The position numbers were made by a program, and so were the translations under genes. Shown one piece after another: positions 1-13,479 of a stretch of 64,000 bases of DNA. Source of the stretch: Octopus bimaculoides (Eukaryota). Position 1 is the stretch's first letter. Each line of letters starts with the position of its first letter. A model generated the notes under the pieces. That model was not told the DNA's origin. It was given only the letters and a program-made list of their open reading frames with translations, and ran no database searches. The stretch covers positions 66,138,638-66,202,637 of the forward strand of contig NC_068990.1 of assembly GCF_001194135.2 (NCBI RefSeq). Direction: 5' to 3'.

Positions 1-388
1 GTATCAATACCAGCAGATGACAACGTTTCTCTAAAAGAAATGGAAAAACTTTCAAAATACAAAGACCTGGAAATAGAGATAACTCGAATGTGGAATCTAA
101 AAACAGAAACAATTCCTATCATAGTAGGTGCCTTAGGTATAATAAAAAAATATTCAGACAAATACATAACAAAAACACCAGGACTTACAAATATATATAA
201 CATACAGAAAATTGCACTACTGGGTACTGCACACATTCTACGCAAAACACTTTCAATACAGTAAACATAAGAGCACCACAGCAAACCACAGCACATACCC
301 AAGGCGCACAGAGCTGCGCTCGGTAGTGAAGTGAAAGCACGTTATAAAAATAAAACTACTGAATAATAATAATAATAATAATAATAAA
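1..388 (+). mobile_element. 3' end of R4/Dong-like non-LTR retrotransposon (REL endonuclease C-terminus, 3' UTR, (AAT)n tail)
   Basis: Frame from base 1 reads VSIPADDNVSLKEMEKLSKYKDLEIEITRMWNLKTETIPIIVGALG...ALLGTAHILRKTLSIQ*, the K-x-x-KY-x-DL and PIVVGALG motifs of REL endonucleases. Stop at 264, then UTR and (AAT)n at 362-386. Confidence 0.85.
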
Positions 389-694
389 ATTTTTATAAGC
401 TTAAAACTTATAAGCGATCACCGTGTTTTGACTCCAGAAAAATGTCTAATATTGGAGTATATAAGCCTTCAGCGGAAAAAAATGGGTTTCCGGTACGGGT
501 GGGACTCGAACTCACACATCTGTACCTTTGCGACAATGTACCAACATTACACCAACGTACACAGAGGCGCGGATTTGAGTTACACGCGTGCGTGAAACCT
601 GCTTTTTCCGTCAAGGGCTTATATGCCCCAATATTAGACTACTTTCTTTAGTCGATACATGGTGATCTCTTATAAGGTTTAAGCTTATAAAAAT
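389..694. mobile_element. Foldback/MITE-like element with about 100-bp imperfect inverted arms and a tRNA-like core
   Basis: 389-490 (ATTTTTATAAGCTTAAAACTTATAAGCGATCACCGTG...GTCTAATATTGGAGTATATAAGCC) aligns to the reverse complement of 597-694. A-box-like TGGTGTAATGTTGG and B-box-like GAGTTCGAGTCC lie on the minus strand at about 495-558. Confidence 0.7.
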
Positions 695-695
695 A

Positions 696-774
<79 letters not shown>

Positions 775-801
775 CATTATTATTATTATTATTATTATTA
801 C

Positions 802-835
<34 letters not shown>

Positions 836-892
836 GTTATTATTATGATTATTATCATTATTATATACATACGTACATATATACATAATATA

Positions 893-941
<49 letters not shown>
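695..941. repeat. (ATT)n then (TA)n microsatellites
   Basis: Direct reading. Confidence 0.95.
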
Positions 942-1612
942 NNNNNNNNNNNNNNNNNNNNNNNNNNNNNNNNNNNNNNNNNNNNNNNNNNNNNNNNNNN
1001 NNNNNNNNNNNNNNNNNNNNNNNNNNNNNNNNNNNNNNNNNNNNNNNNNNNNNNNNNNNNNNNNNNNNNNNNNNNNNNNNNNNNNNNNNNNNNNNNNNNN
1101 NNNNNNNNNNNNNNNNNNNNNNNNNNNNNNNNNNNNNNNNNNNNNNNNNNNNNNNNNNNNNNNNNNNNNNNNNNNNNNNNNNNNNNNNNNNNNNNNNNNN
1201 NNNNNNNNNNNNNNNNNNNNNNNNNNNNNNNNNNNNNNNNNNNNNNNNNNNNNNNNNNNNNNNNNNNNNNNNNNNNNNNNNNNNNNNNNNNNNNNNNNNN
1301 NNNNNNNNNNNNNNNNNNNNNNNNNNNNNNNNNNNNNNNNNNNNNNNNNNNNNNNNNNNNNNNNNNNNNNNNNNNNNNNNNNNNNNNNNNNNNNNNNNNN
1401 NNNNNNNNNNNNNNNNNGATTCTACGCTTTCACCTGTCAATTCAATTTTAATGCTTTGTACCCTAGCCAAACTGTTTCCGCGACAATTTCTTTGGAAATG
1501 TTCTTGCTGAAATGAAATAAATGGGTAAATAAATATATAGATAAATAAATAAATACGTAAATAAGCAATAACAAAAATAAAACTGTATAGGCAACCGTCT
1601 GACTGTCTGTTC

Positions 1613-1701
<89 letters not shown>

Positions 1702-1850
1702 GCCAGTGTACTTTCTATCTACCTCTCTATCTCTATATCTATCTATCTATCTATACATCGCAATATAAAGAGATAAACAGATAGATAGCTATCAAGAAGT
1801 CTATCTATAATTTAAGGTATCTATCTATCTGTCTGTCTGTCTGTCTGTCT
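1613..1850. repeat. (ATCT)n and (GTCT)n microsatellites
   Basis: Direct reading. Confidence 0.95.
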
Positions 1851-2181
1851 AGTTAGATATGACAGAGCTAACTAGCAAGCGTGTTTGTGTACAGATAGAA
1901 AATATGATTAAGTAGCTACCTTGTTATCACGTATGCTTCTGCTTTCATCACCTCATATGACTATCTTTTAGGATATTTTTCTTTAGTCGACATCTCGTGC
2001 CTATTTACTATCGCGGAAATCTGAGGTATACAGTTTGATGATCGTAGTGAAGATGACAAGATTTTCTTAAGAATGAATAGACATGATTTAACTTATCAGT
2101 TCTTTGTTTCTTAACACTCACCACTACCGCCGCCATAAACATAGACAAACACACACACACACGTATACATATCATACATAT

Positions 2182-2225
<44 letters not shown>

Positions 2226-2841
2226 NNNNNNNNNNNNNNNNNNNNNNNNNNNNNNNNNNNNNNNNNNNNNNNNNNNNNNNNNNNNNNNNNNNNNNNNNNN
2301 NNNNNNNNNNNNNNNNNNNNNNNNNNNNNNNNNNNNNNNNNNNNNNNNNNNNNNNNNNNNNNNNNNNNNNNNNNNNNNNNNNNNNNNNNNNNNNNNNNNN
2401 NNNNNNNNNNNNNNNNNNNNNNNNNNNNNNNNNNNNNNNNNNNNNNNNNNNNNNNNNNNNNNNNNNNNNNNNNNNNNNNNNNNNNNNNNNNNNNNNNNNN
2501 NNNNNNNNNNNNNNNNNNNNNNNNNNNNNNNNNNNNNNNNNNNNNNNNNNNNNNNNNNNNNNNNNNNNNNNNNNNNNNNNNNNNNNNNNNNNNNNNNNNN
2601 NNNNNNNNNNNNNNNNNNNNNNNNNNNNNNNNNNNNNNNNNNNNNNNNNNNNNNNNNNNNNNNNNNNNNNNNNNNNNNNNNNNNNNNNNNNNNNNNNNNN
2701 NNNNNNNNNNNNNNNNNNNNNNNNNNNNNNNNNNNNNNNNNNNNNNNNNNNNNNNNNNNNNNNNNNNNNNNNNNNATATATATATATATATAAATTCATT
2801 TAACACAAGCACAAACGCGCACACATACACACACACACACA

Positions 2842-2872
<31 letters not shown>

Positions 2873-3748
2873 GCTGACACCACGAACACACATTCATACA
2901 GCGCCATTAGTTGTAACAGTAGCAAGATTAGATTAACATAGCAACCTGTGTATCATACCTAACATAAATACATAGCAAAAGCAAACTTACAGCGGTATTA
3001 TTCCTTAATGTTGTATGTAATGTAACTTCAATCGTGTTAGGAAAATTGACAGTGACATTCCTGATATTTCTAGCTTTCTTAGCGATGACCCAAACACCCG
3101 AATATACATAAACAATGGAAGATGAAACAAGTGACAGATTGAGATTGTCATTTGAAACTGTTCTGATAAGTTGCACTACAGTATAAATACAGCGTATAAG
3201 CACGTTCATACGGATCCGTGATATGTAACAAATGCAATATTAGATTAAGATAGCTAGCTGTGTTTCATACTTAATGTAAATTGATCGCACTGATACAGAC
3301 TTTTAAAACGGGTCTGAAATTGGTGGCACTGAGAAACTTTTTCAAGCTCTATTCTCTCTACGAATATATCTACAAAAATTAAAATTCTACATTTAACAGA
3401 CTTATGGGCCATAAATTGTCGAGGTTTTCGTTCTTTTACGCCCCCTTCCTTGTATGCACACTCTATCGCTTGTTTACACAGATGGTAATCTTTCCAGGTA
3501 CGGTAGACTACTGCCAACATTAGGGTCGATAAAGCTGGCATATAGCCACAAACCTCGGAGGGCAGCTCATACAAATTAGTTGATTTACCTTTTGCACATT
3601 CACTTAAATCTGTCAGAGTTTAAGCTGCTTATTTTAGCTTTCTCCTATTCTTCACTTTCCATCTTGGTGCTAAATCCAGTTGTCTCCAGTCTCCAGGTGT
3701 CTCCAAACAAATGGACACAATGGTGGTAGAAAACTGTATGGAACCAAG

Positions 3749-4138
3749 TTTTTTGTTGTTGGCACTCCGTCGCTTACGACGTCGAGGGTTCCAGTTGATC
3801 CGATCAACGGAACAGTCTGCTCGTGAACTTAACGTGCAAGTGGCTGAGCACTCCACAGACACGTGTACCCTTAATGTAGTTCTCGGGGATATTCAGCGTG
3901 ACACAGTGGGACAAGGATGACCCTTTGTATTACAGACACAGCAGAAACAGGAAGTAAGAATGAGAGAAAGTTGTGGTGAAAGAGTACAGAAGGGTTCGCC
4001 ACCATCCTCTGCCGGAGCCTCGTGGAGATTTAGGTGTTTTCGCTCAATAAACACTCACAACGCCCGGTCTGGGAATCGGGACCGCGATCCTATGACCGCG
4101 AGTCCGCTGCCCTAACCACTGGGCCATTGCGCCTCCAC
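3749..4138 (-). mobile_element. Full-length tRNA-derived SINE (family B, tRNA-Arg(TCG)-like head) with target-site duplication
   Basis: Minus strand begins GTGGAGGCGCAATGGCCCAGTGGTTAGGGCAGCGGACTCGCGGTC (A box, TCG anticodon-like loop) and ends GACGGAGTGCCAACAACAAAAAA. Flanked by ATGGAACCAAG (3738-3748) and ATGGAACAAAG (4140-4150). Second copy at 28509-28883. Confidence 0.9.
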
Positions 4139-5469
4139 AATGGAACAAAGTAGCTTATACCTATCATAGTCCGTTGAAAACATGTGCTGAAAGACCATCG
4201 ACCCACTTCCGATCGCTAGTGTCCGCAAACATGCTCCTTAGTTCTGACAAGGCAAATAATATTTCGTCAAAGAAAGTGACGTGTGAATTTTTTTCTTATT
4301 ACATATTACGTTGTCTTTTTACATTGGCTCTTCAAAACTGGCTTGAACCCGGGTTATTTGCTTTCTAATGCAATTCTTTTGCTATATCTTATTGATTCTG
4401 CTTTCATGTCTCGCTAAACACGTTCACATAACTAGTCACCGACATGATAAAATGTTTTCTAACTACATTAAATTTTACTTAATTTTCTATGAAAGCAGTT
4501 TGTGCTAAAAATATTTCATACAAAATGCTTTATAATTTAGTTACAAAGTCTGCAATTTTGGATGAGGGGTTTTGCCGATCCCATGAAGTTCAGTACTTAA
4601 CTGTTATTTTATTTTATTGAACCCAAAGGATGAAAAGCAATGTTGAGTTCTGCGGTATTTGAATTCTGAATGTAAAGAGCCGGAATAAATGTCGCAAAGC
4701 AATTATAGTTTCGACATTTTTTTTCCACTTTAAAATACTTAATTTGCAATGCAATACGTTAAGACATATTAAATTAAAAACCAGATACACAAAATAATAA
4801 TAAAAAACAAACAATCAGAAGCACGTAAATGTACCAAAACAAAAAAAAAACTACAAAAAATGAGATGAAGCATATAAGTGAGAATATGGAAAACATGATT
4901 AAAGAAATACAAAATAAACACTTCAGATGGTAAATACCGTTAAACTTCTGCGTGCTTCATAACTTATCGGAGTCAATTTCGCACAGCAATCTCCCAAGCT
5001 CTTCAATAAAATCTGAGACTAGATCATCTGGGAATGACACACAACCATTTCATTCTCAGTCTAAGTTACATTAGCAGTTTTATGAAAAGTGGAGATCTCA
5101 ATTGCCTCTAAAGTATGAGCTCACAGAGAGATAATAGAGTATGTACGTTTAGTATTTTTAGTAATTTTAGAATTTTCAATCTAATGAGAGTATAATTACA
5201 AAATCAAAGTCAATTAAATATGGGTGCGTGTGTATGTGTGTATGTACCACGCACACACTAGCACTGACCACTTCCCAGCCCCATATCCACACACCTACAC
5301 ATACACACACACACATGTCAAGGTCACCAGCCCTCTTCCACACGCACATACATGCTCTCTTATACACACGCACGCGCACCTTCATTTTGGGATCACCATT
5401 ACGTTATTATCTTCCCTTCTTCCTAGCTCTCCTGTGTGACCCCTCTGTCCGACATTCGCCATGATAGAT

Positions 5470-5760
<291 letters not shown>

Positions 5761-5987
5761 NNNNNNNNNNNNNNNNNNNNNNNNNNNNNNNNNNNNNNNN
5801 NNNNNNNNNNNNNNNNNNNNNNNNNNNNNNNNNNNNNNNNNNNNNNNNNNNNNNNNNNNNNNNNNNNNNNNNNNNNNNNNNNNNNNNNNNNNNNNNNNNN
5901 NNNNNNNNNNNNNNNNNNNNNNNNNNNNNNNNNNNNNNNNNNNNNNNNNNNNNNNNNNNNNNNNNNNNNNNNNNNNNNNNNNNNNNN

Positions 5988-6044
<57 letters not shown>
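5988..6044. repeat. (GA)n microsatellite
   Basis: Direct reading. Confidence 0.95.
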
Positions 6045-6047
<3 letters not shown>

Positions 6048-6510
6048 TGAGAGTAGATTATCGCAGTTCTTTAGATAACAATTGAACGCTTCTTTTGTAA
6101 AAATATTCATAGACGTCAATGAAGACAGCCTATGAAAATTTTCATCCATACACACTATATGATTCTTCAAAATAACACATTGAAGTGTTCTAAATCACAA
6201 TAATTCTGATGTAATAGTATGAATGAATAATCTCTACTACTAACAAAAGTTATGAGTTGCTACATCTGTGAGTTAAATCCCCCGAAAGTAACATTTCAAC
6301 TGCACTTCCTCTAGTCCAGGAATCAGCAAACTCCTAATGTCATAGGCGTCTTTATGAGATCGTTGATGATTTATCGACTCACCATCATGTATATTTCTAA
6401 ATCGAAATAAAAAACTATATTTAATAAAACAAATTCTTACATTAAAACAATAATTTCTTCGGTCTTTTGGATCGTTACCGTTTAAGAAGTATTCAAAGGA
6501 TATTTTCAGA

Positions 6511-6638
6511 AATATATATAAGGGTAAGCACATTTATGTTGAGGTTGCTGCTGTACTCCGTCTCCGAATCGTGGGTTTAATGGTTTACCTGGTGATTAAA
6601 CAAATCTGTAAGTGTCTTGGCCCATTCCACCACGACAC
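6511..6638 (-). mobile_element. Isolated 3'-terminal fragment of the HERO-like element seen at 8950-9380
   Basis: Near-identical reverse complement of 9255-9380, including the GCTTACCCT(TA)n end. Confidence 0.8.
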
Positions 6639-7991
6639 GAAATGGATAAAAAACGATAAAAATTCAGTCATATTGATATAGTCGGAATATTTAATGTGAA
6701 ATATGTGTTTAGAGAATACTAAGTTATTGGATCGATATTTAGTTCCATACTAGTAAGTTTTAGCCTTAAATACCCTTACTGTTTCAGATTCAGTTTGGAA
6801 ATACTTCCACAACCTTAATACTAAAAGTCATTTCAAGTGTTTATGGACCCCTTGGATAGCCACATAGATCCCCACCTAAGTGGTCAATATTAGCCACTTT
6901 GTTGACCTTTGCTCTATCGAGAGGTACTATTATTGTTTTGGTCGTCATGGATCTCTATGTATTTTATTGTGGAAGCGGGTATCTACAGGGTTTATCGATT
7001 CAATAAAAGATTGAATGGATACACAGACAATCGGTTCTAAGGATAAGGTTAAAATGCTGAGAATAAAATCGATTACAGTAGATATATATTTGTTCATCGC
7101 TGATTCATTCTTCCCTGATCCTGAATAACATGGTACGCTGTGAACAAACAGTGTTACGATTATCACGTTTTGATCTCTAATAACAGGTGTCGGCGATCAG
7201 CCAGAGATTCTGCATGAGCCGCAAAGGCATGCATCAGTGGCCATCCACAATGACCAGGACAGTTTGATCAGGACACAATAATCAGAACGAAATCTAACTC
7301 CCATTATACGTTATATTATTAATTTAATACTGATTAATTTAACACAGTTCTTTTGACATCAGACACCAATTATAAACGAGAATAGATATATTACAAAATT
7401 GCGTGGAATAAGGGATGTTAAATCATACAGCTCGTAGTATAAGACTGATGAGTGAAAAACACTTTGGATTATGCTTAAACACACACACACTCACTTTTAT
7501 ATATACATATTAAATATTATGTGCACTGAAATATATAATAAGTTGGATTATGCCTTTACACATTGAATATTAAAGACTAACCTTGTTAATTTCTATAAGA
7601 TCTGTCTTCATTTTAGGAATAATATTGTAGGTATAATTACTTATGAAGTATCATTGATATCTGGAAATTTAAACCACGTCACGCTAGTAGTTGGCTGAGA
7701 AAACTTTGAGTGAAAATATGACAATAGTCCTTTCTGAAGGTCATAACTAAAAGCGACTTCTTATTTAATCATATGTCCAGGCCCATGATCATGAACATGT
7801 GAACATGTTTTTAATGTACGTGACTTGTATCTACATTAACTCATAAAGGGAAAGAATACAATTATTTTAGCTGCAGGGTTGCATACGTTTGTAAATAGTT
7901 GCTAGCGGAATTTGTTATCAATTTGATAGTATATTGAATAAACATGCAGATTGCACGGACATTTTCTATAAATGTTTCCAATACTAAAGAG

Positions 7992-7992
7992 C

Positions 7993-8046
<54 letters not shown>
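7992..8046. repeat. (CAA)n microsatellite
   Basis: Direct reading. Confidence 0.95.
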
Positions 8047-8047
<1 letters not shown>

Positions 8048-8682
8048 TTATAAAATTGTTAAGCCCCTGATCAAACAGCCGATTAAATTTCTATCAGGAA
8101 AATGTCATTCTGTATGTCGTTTTAAATTTTCAGCGTTTTTAATTCGATAAAAACATCTGAAATCTGCAAACCAAATTTTCATATGAAAATGTTCGGAAGA
8201 ATATGAAAAAATGAAGGAAAATGTTTTGTCTATTATCAAGTTTATTTGCTTCGGGACAACATATACCAAAAACATCATATACATTCATATCGAAGTGAAG
8301 GTTTATTCAATATGTTTCTATGCCCTTCAGTGTAAATTCCTACAATGCAGTGAAAAATCTTCAAAATTGTTAACGCATCAAATAATATTACCTTTACGCA
8401 TAATACTTCTTCACGATTATATTTCCGTTTTAGTTATTTATTTTTTTTTTTTTATCGTATGGAAATGTCTAATAAAGTGTTAATACAACAACCTTGTTGA
8501 TGTCATTTGCTCCATATGTGAAAATTTTACTTCCATCTACACTTCATATTTAATATTTCTTTCCTCATAGTGTCTTTGAGAAAATATTTGTTTATACTTT
8601 GTCCTAATTCGTAAATAACCTAATGTCGGTTTGATGCATATATGCGTGTATGATATACAAGTATGTAAATGTATATGAATGC

Positions 8683-8739
<57 letters not shown>

Positions 8740-8949
8740 CATACTAGTAGAAAGACCACCCTCCGGGCGGTTTTGTGCTGGACTCTCGATGATATTTTCA
8801 CATGTGATTCCCAATTCTAATAATTTTTCACCAAAAAGGTAAACAATGAACACCTACACTGCTAGAAATAAGAGGTGAATTGCTCTGTTGCTGCTGTGAA
8901 CGCACATATAATTCTCTATATACAGTAAAATGGATGGTAATTAATATAC

Positions 8950-9380
8950 CTACTTGTTGAGAGAAGTGTTAGAGGATTAGTTAGCACCAGCGTTAGCTCG
9001 CTGTTGAGGAACTGTGGACTACCTGTGAAGGAGAGAAAAGAGGTTGTCAAAAGATTGTCGGAAGCCGCTCAGAATGTAAAACATTACATGTCTGAAGAAA
9101 GAAGAGGTGTGATGCAGCAAGGACGTGCATTGGAGATAAAAGAACCAATTGTCCCAGAGTTGTAGCATCTGACTCTAATGCTAAGACACAAAGTCCGTGC
9201 TCATGATCAGAAAGGTTTATTACCGAAATATATGGGTGTCTCTGGGCAGCGCTGGTGTCGTGGTGGAATGGGCCAAGACACTTACATATCTGTTTAATCG
9301 CCAGGTAAACCATCAAACCCACGATTTCGGAGACGGAGTACAGCAGCAACCTCAACATAAATGTGCTTACCCTTATATAT
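8950..9380 (+). mobile_element. 3' remnant of HERO/NeSL-like REL non-LTR retrotransposon
   Basis: From 8956: VERSVRGLVSTSVSSLLRNCGLPVKERKEVVKRLSEAAQNVKHY, resembling the VEVGxRGF...LSxAAExxSxWIW C-terminus of REL endonucleases. Followed by UTR and (TA)n. Confidence 0.65.
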
Positions 9381-9411
9381 ATATATATATATTTGTGTGT
9401 ATGTGCGTGTG

Positions 9412-9417
9412 AGCGTA

Positions 9418-9506
<89 letters not shown>
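9412..9506. repeat. (GT)n microsatellite
   Basis: Direct reading. Confidence 0.95.
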
Positions 9507-9508
<2 letters not shown>

Positions 9509-10234
9509 CTTACATTTTCCTTAAATTAAGATCAAGAAAACGTACTCCATCTGGTGAGAGGTAAATATTGCTTAATGCACACAATAGATAGTTATGAGCT
9601 ACCAATGATTTCATTCTTCGATATTGAAGTTACAAATCTGGACTTGTATAGACGCTAGGGTTGCTTTAAAACCTGCCTAGGTACTACATTTAGTGTATGA
9701 AACTATTTGTATCTCATAACTATATACTGTGTACATTAAACAACATATCATATATATAATGTATATAAAAGGTTTTGATATTGAGAAGACCCAAAGGCAG
9801 GTAAGGCTATGTAAGTGTTACAGAAGGACTGCTGTTAAACTTCCGGTTCAATAAAAGTATGAGTGAGGAGTTTAAGGCGGGTCTTGTGTGAGCGTCTATA
9901 TGTTAAATAAAATAGGATTACAAGACCAAGGCAATGTGATATTTCTAGGAGATATATAAAGAGAAAGGTGGTCTTGCTGCTGTTTCAGGGAAATAAATGA
10001 TAACCCATCATCAGAGTTAAGAGAGTTTCCCTTTTATACTTTTTGAATCTCTCCCTTTCCAAAATAACCTCTTATATAATGAACTCTTACTAATTCCTTC
10101 TATTGAAAATCTCCTAACTCGTCTATGATGATGGGATATCATTTATGTCGCTGAAGGAACTGTAAGACCACCTTTCTCTTTATAAACGTCCTAGAAATAT
10201 CACATTGCGTTGGACTTGTTATTCTATTTTATTT

Positions 10235-10238
<4 letters not shown>

Positions 10239-10322
<84 letters not shown>

Positions 10323-10364
10323 TGTGTGTGTGTGTGTGTGTATGTGTGTGTGTGTGTGTGAGTG

Positions 10365-10407
<43 letters not shown>

Positions 10408-10447
10408 ATCTATCTATCTATCTATCTATATATATATATATATATAT
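10239..10447. repeat. Compound (TA)n/(GT)n/(ATCT)n microsatellite
   Basis: Direct reading. Confidence 0.95.
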
Positions 10448-10558
10448 GATTGCCGTATTCCCCGTCCGTATGCTATTACAAGTATGATTCGCAAAATCCG
10501 TGGATTTTAGCGGGAATATTAATAGATATGTTCTTTTCTCAGGCAGCTTTTGCTGAGG

Positions 10559-10750
10559 AACAGTTAGCATTCCGGGCAACATGCTTAACGGCATTTCGTC
10601 CGACTTTACGTCCTTATTTGAAATTCCGCCGTGACCAGCCTTGCTATATATCCCTTCGGGGTCACCAAAATCAGTACCAGTTGAGCACTGGTGTCGATAT
10701 AATCGAATTAACACCTCCTACAAAATTGCTGGCCTTATACCTAAATTTTA
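10559..10750 (+). mobile_element. Diverged SINE family A copy
   Basis: GTTAGCATTCCGGGCAACATGCTTAACGGCATTTCG...TTCGGGGTC...AGTACCAGTTGAGCACTGGTGTCGAT aligns to 24323 and 47255. Confidence 0.75.
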
Positions 10751-11275
10751 AACCAATATGCTACATAGCAATGATGGCGAAATCAACGAAGCGTTGTGCC
10801 CCTATATGTTCTTCAAACCGCAATGGATGAGAATGAAGCCAAACTTCAAACAATTCCATTGATCCCAGAACTGAATAGTTTTAGTATTGATTGACTTGAA
10901 TTTATCTTTATTTTTCATCATTTTGAAATGCTTCCTTCTAGCGTCTTTCTGTTTTACATATTAAAAATATTTAACAGCAGTGCACGGTGTTTGAAATACT
11001 GACATATTATTTATAATGGAAATGAGCCGACGACTCGAATGCGTCTAAATTGGTTACATATATTTTAAATGCTGCTCAATGAATCTTGCGCTCGATTTGC
11101 TATAATACATATAACCTCTTTTAATAAAGATTTTTTTGCTGTCATTTCTAACGAGTACATCATCACTTGGCATCCAGTCAAGTTAATATTTTTTTCCGGG
11201 ACGCTTTGCCTTTTATATCGGTCAGCTCGATGTCAAAGAGCTTAACGCTTATTGTATACAGTTTATGTGTGTGTG

Positions 11276-11318
<43 letters not shown>

Positions 11319-13479
11319 AGCCAAAGTTACCAACACTGACAGAATATTGCGATATGTAGGCATAATCTGGTGGTTTCAGCTTTTTGGACCAACTGTATTT
11401 TTACAATTCTTGGCCTCTGCCCACACTGTATTCTCTTTATTCTCTTTATATGTTACCGGTTTCCCACAGTTTCACAGCCGGCATTAGGCTGTTTATGTTC
11501 TCGTAAGTTTGCAATTCGGGAAAATGAGGCTGATAGAATATGTAAAATACACCAGTACAATGATCAGTAAAACCCCTTCAAATTATTGCAACAGTTTAGC
11601 CACATTTCAGTGACTGAGACAGATAAAATAATAAAAGACTACAAAATACTGCCTCACAGCTAGCTTGTGGAATAAAATCGAAATCATTAGATTGTAATGA
11701 TTGGGTATTGACCCTAAAGTCATATTTATTCCCCCATATGGGAACTTTGAAATCATCTTGGGGGTCCGAAGTAAATTTTATTTATTCATTGAATGTGAGA
11801 AATTCTATTTTTATTTGAGTCGGATTATGAATGGCGGTGGGTTCTGAGTTGATGACACGTGACTAAATACCATCTTTATACCGTTTTTAGTTTTCCTTTC
11901 AAGAACTCTTGTTTTCTTTCACATCGTTCTCAAATCACACAACTTTTGGTTTGGTTCCCTTCTTTTTTGTTCTGGCAACATGTCAATGAAAAAAAGAAAA
12001 ATGTTTTTTCTTTGCTATTTGTATTTCTTTATACGTATACAAATTTCTTGCTTTTTTTTTCACGTAAAATTTAAATGTAAATTCTGTAAATTATAAATTG
12101 ACGAGGCGCAAGCTAAAAAGAAAAAAAAATCTATTTGATGTTATCAACGGCACTCTGTAATGAATATTTTCAAAGTAAAGCTATTTCAAGGCAATAATTG
12201 AATATTAACTGAGAACTCTGTCACAAAACCACGACAATAATAAGAAAATCGATATTTCCATCTCTCTACCCACTCCCTACCATCACTCTTCTCTCTTCCC
12301 CCTCTTCTCTCTTCTCCCTCTCTTCTCTCTCTACCAAAATAATGAAAATTAATTGATTATGTATAAAACAAATTATCTGAGGCTGATCTTCAGATCGAAA
12401 CAATACTAAAGGCAGCAATATAATAACGGTATTGCAAAATTAATATATACAGAGAACGCAATTTAGTTTGCGTTTCGTTATTCAAAAAAACCCACCTCGG
12501 AAAAGCAAGAACACAAAAAATTTTTAAAAAACAGAAAAAAAAAACAAAAAGCAAAATGAAGACTGAATGAAAAAACCGAATTCTTGATTTCAATGTGCTA
12601 AATTTTATTGGCCGATCCCGCGGCAGATATTTAATATCTTTGTTGAAGTTTTATCAGATGTGGATGGATAAAACAACCTACAGGTGTCTGGTCGCTGATA
12701 AATGCTCATACGATGTTTGAAATACGAGAGTCAGAAATATGTTGAAAGTTCTATGATATAGTGTCAAGTCTATTCTTAATATTAGCTTAGATGTCTAATA
12801 AAAATCTATATGGTGGAGAGGCTGTGCTCATTGATATTAATAAATTGCATTTATTTATGATTTCTCATATTGGTCTACGGTTAGACATTGGGTGGTGTGC
12901 GTTATGAAATCGATTTTATTGACCTCAGGAGGAGAAAAGATAGAGACAACCTAAACAGGATTTGAACTCAAAATATTTATGTCAGTAGATTTATGTGGGG
13001 GTAATAATGAAATGATTTAGAGTAATGACTGTGTGCTTTTGAATATTTGTTATTAAGGTCCTGTTGATTGTATTTAAGGCCATGTAGTTGATGACGCTTT
13101 GGGAATGCGGTTCATAGTGTTGGTCTGGATTACTCTGCATTTGCATTTGTTGAGGTGTTTGTAGTATTGATGGTGTTTATAGTGTTGGAGATGTTTGTAA
13201 TTGTGTTGGTGTACAGTGTGTAGGTGTGTAATGGTTACTTTTTGTGTCTCCTCTTCTAAACACTGGTACTGCGCTTTTCATTTTGTATTTTTTCTTGTTT
13301 TTTCCCCTAGGATACATTATGGTGGTTTTCGCAAACTATTTTCCTCGCCAAACGAGTTTTCACTGTCGGAGAAATTTGTGGCAGAGGCCAGAGGTATGTC
13401 TGCACAGTCACGTATTTCTAAGCTGGTTATCTGGATGCCTGTTGAAGATGAGGCTTCTTTCCGTTGAGAGGGTGCAGAT

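Noticed and set aside
7444-7470. CTGATGA-GTG-AAAAA-CAC hammerhead-like start
   Set aside because: No GAAA strand or stem III follows, and it lies in a SINE A remnant.
7944-8150. PolyQ ORF (likewise polyE 59902-60309, polyM 15818-16228, polyT 39322-39573, His/Thr-rich 27284-27973)
   Set aside because: These are translations of microsatellites with no supporting unique sequence.
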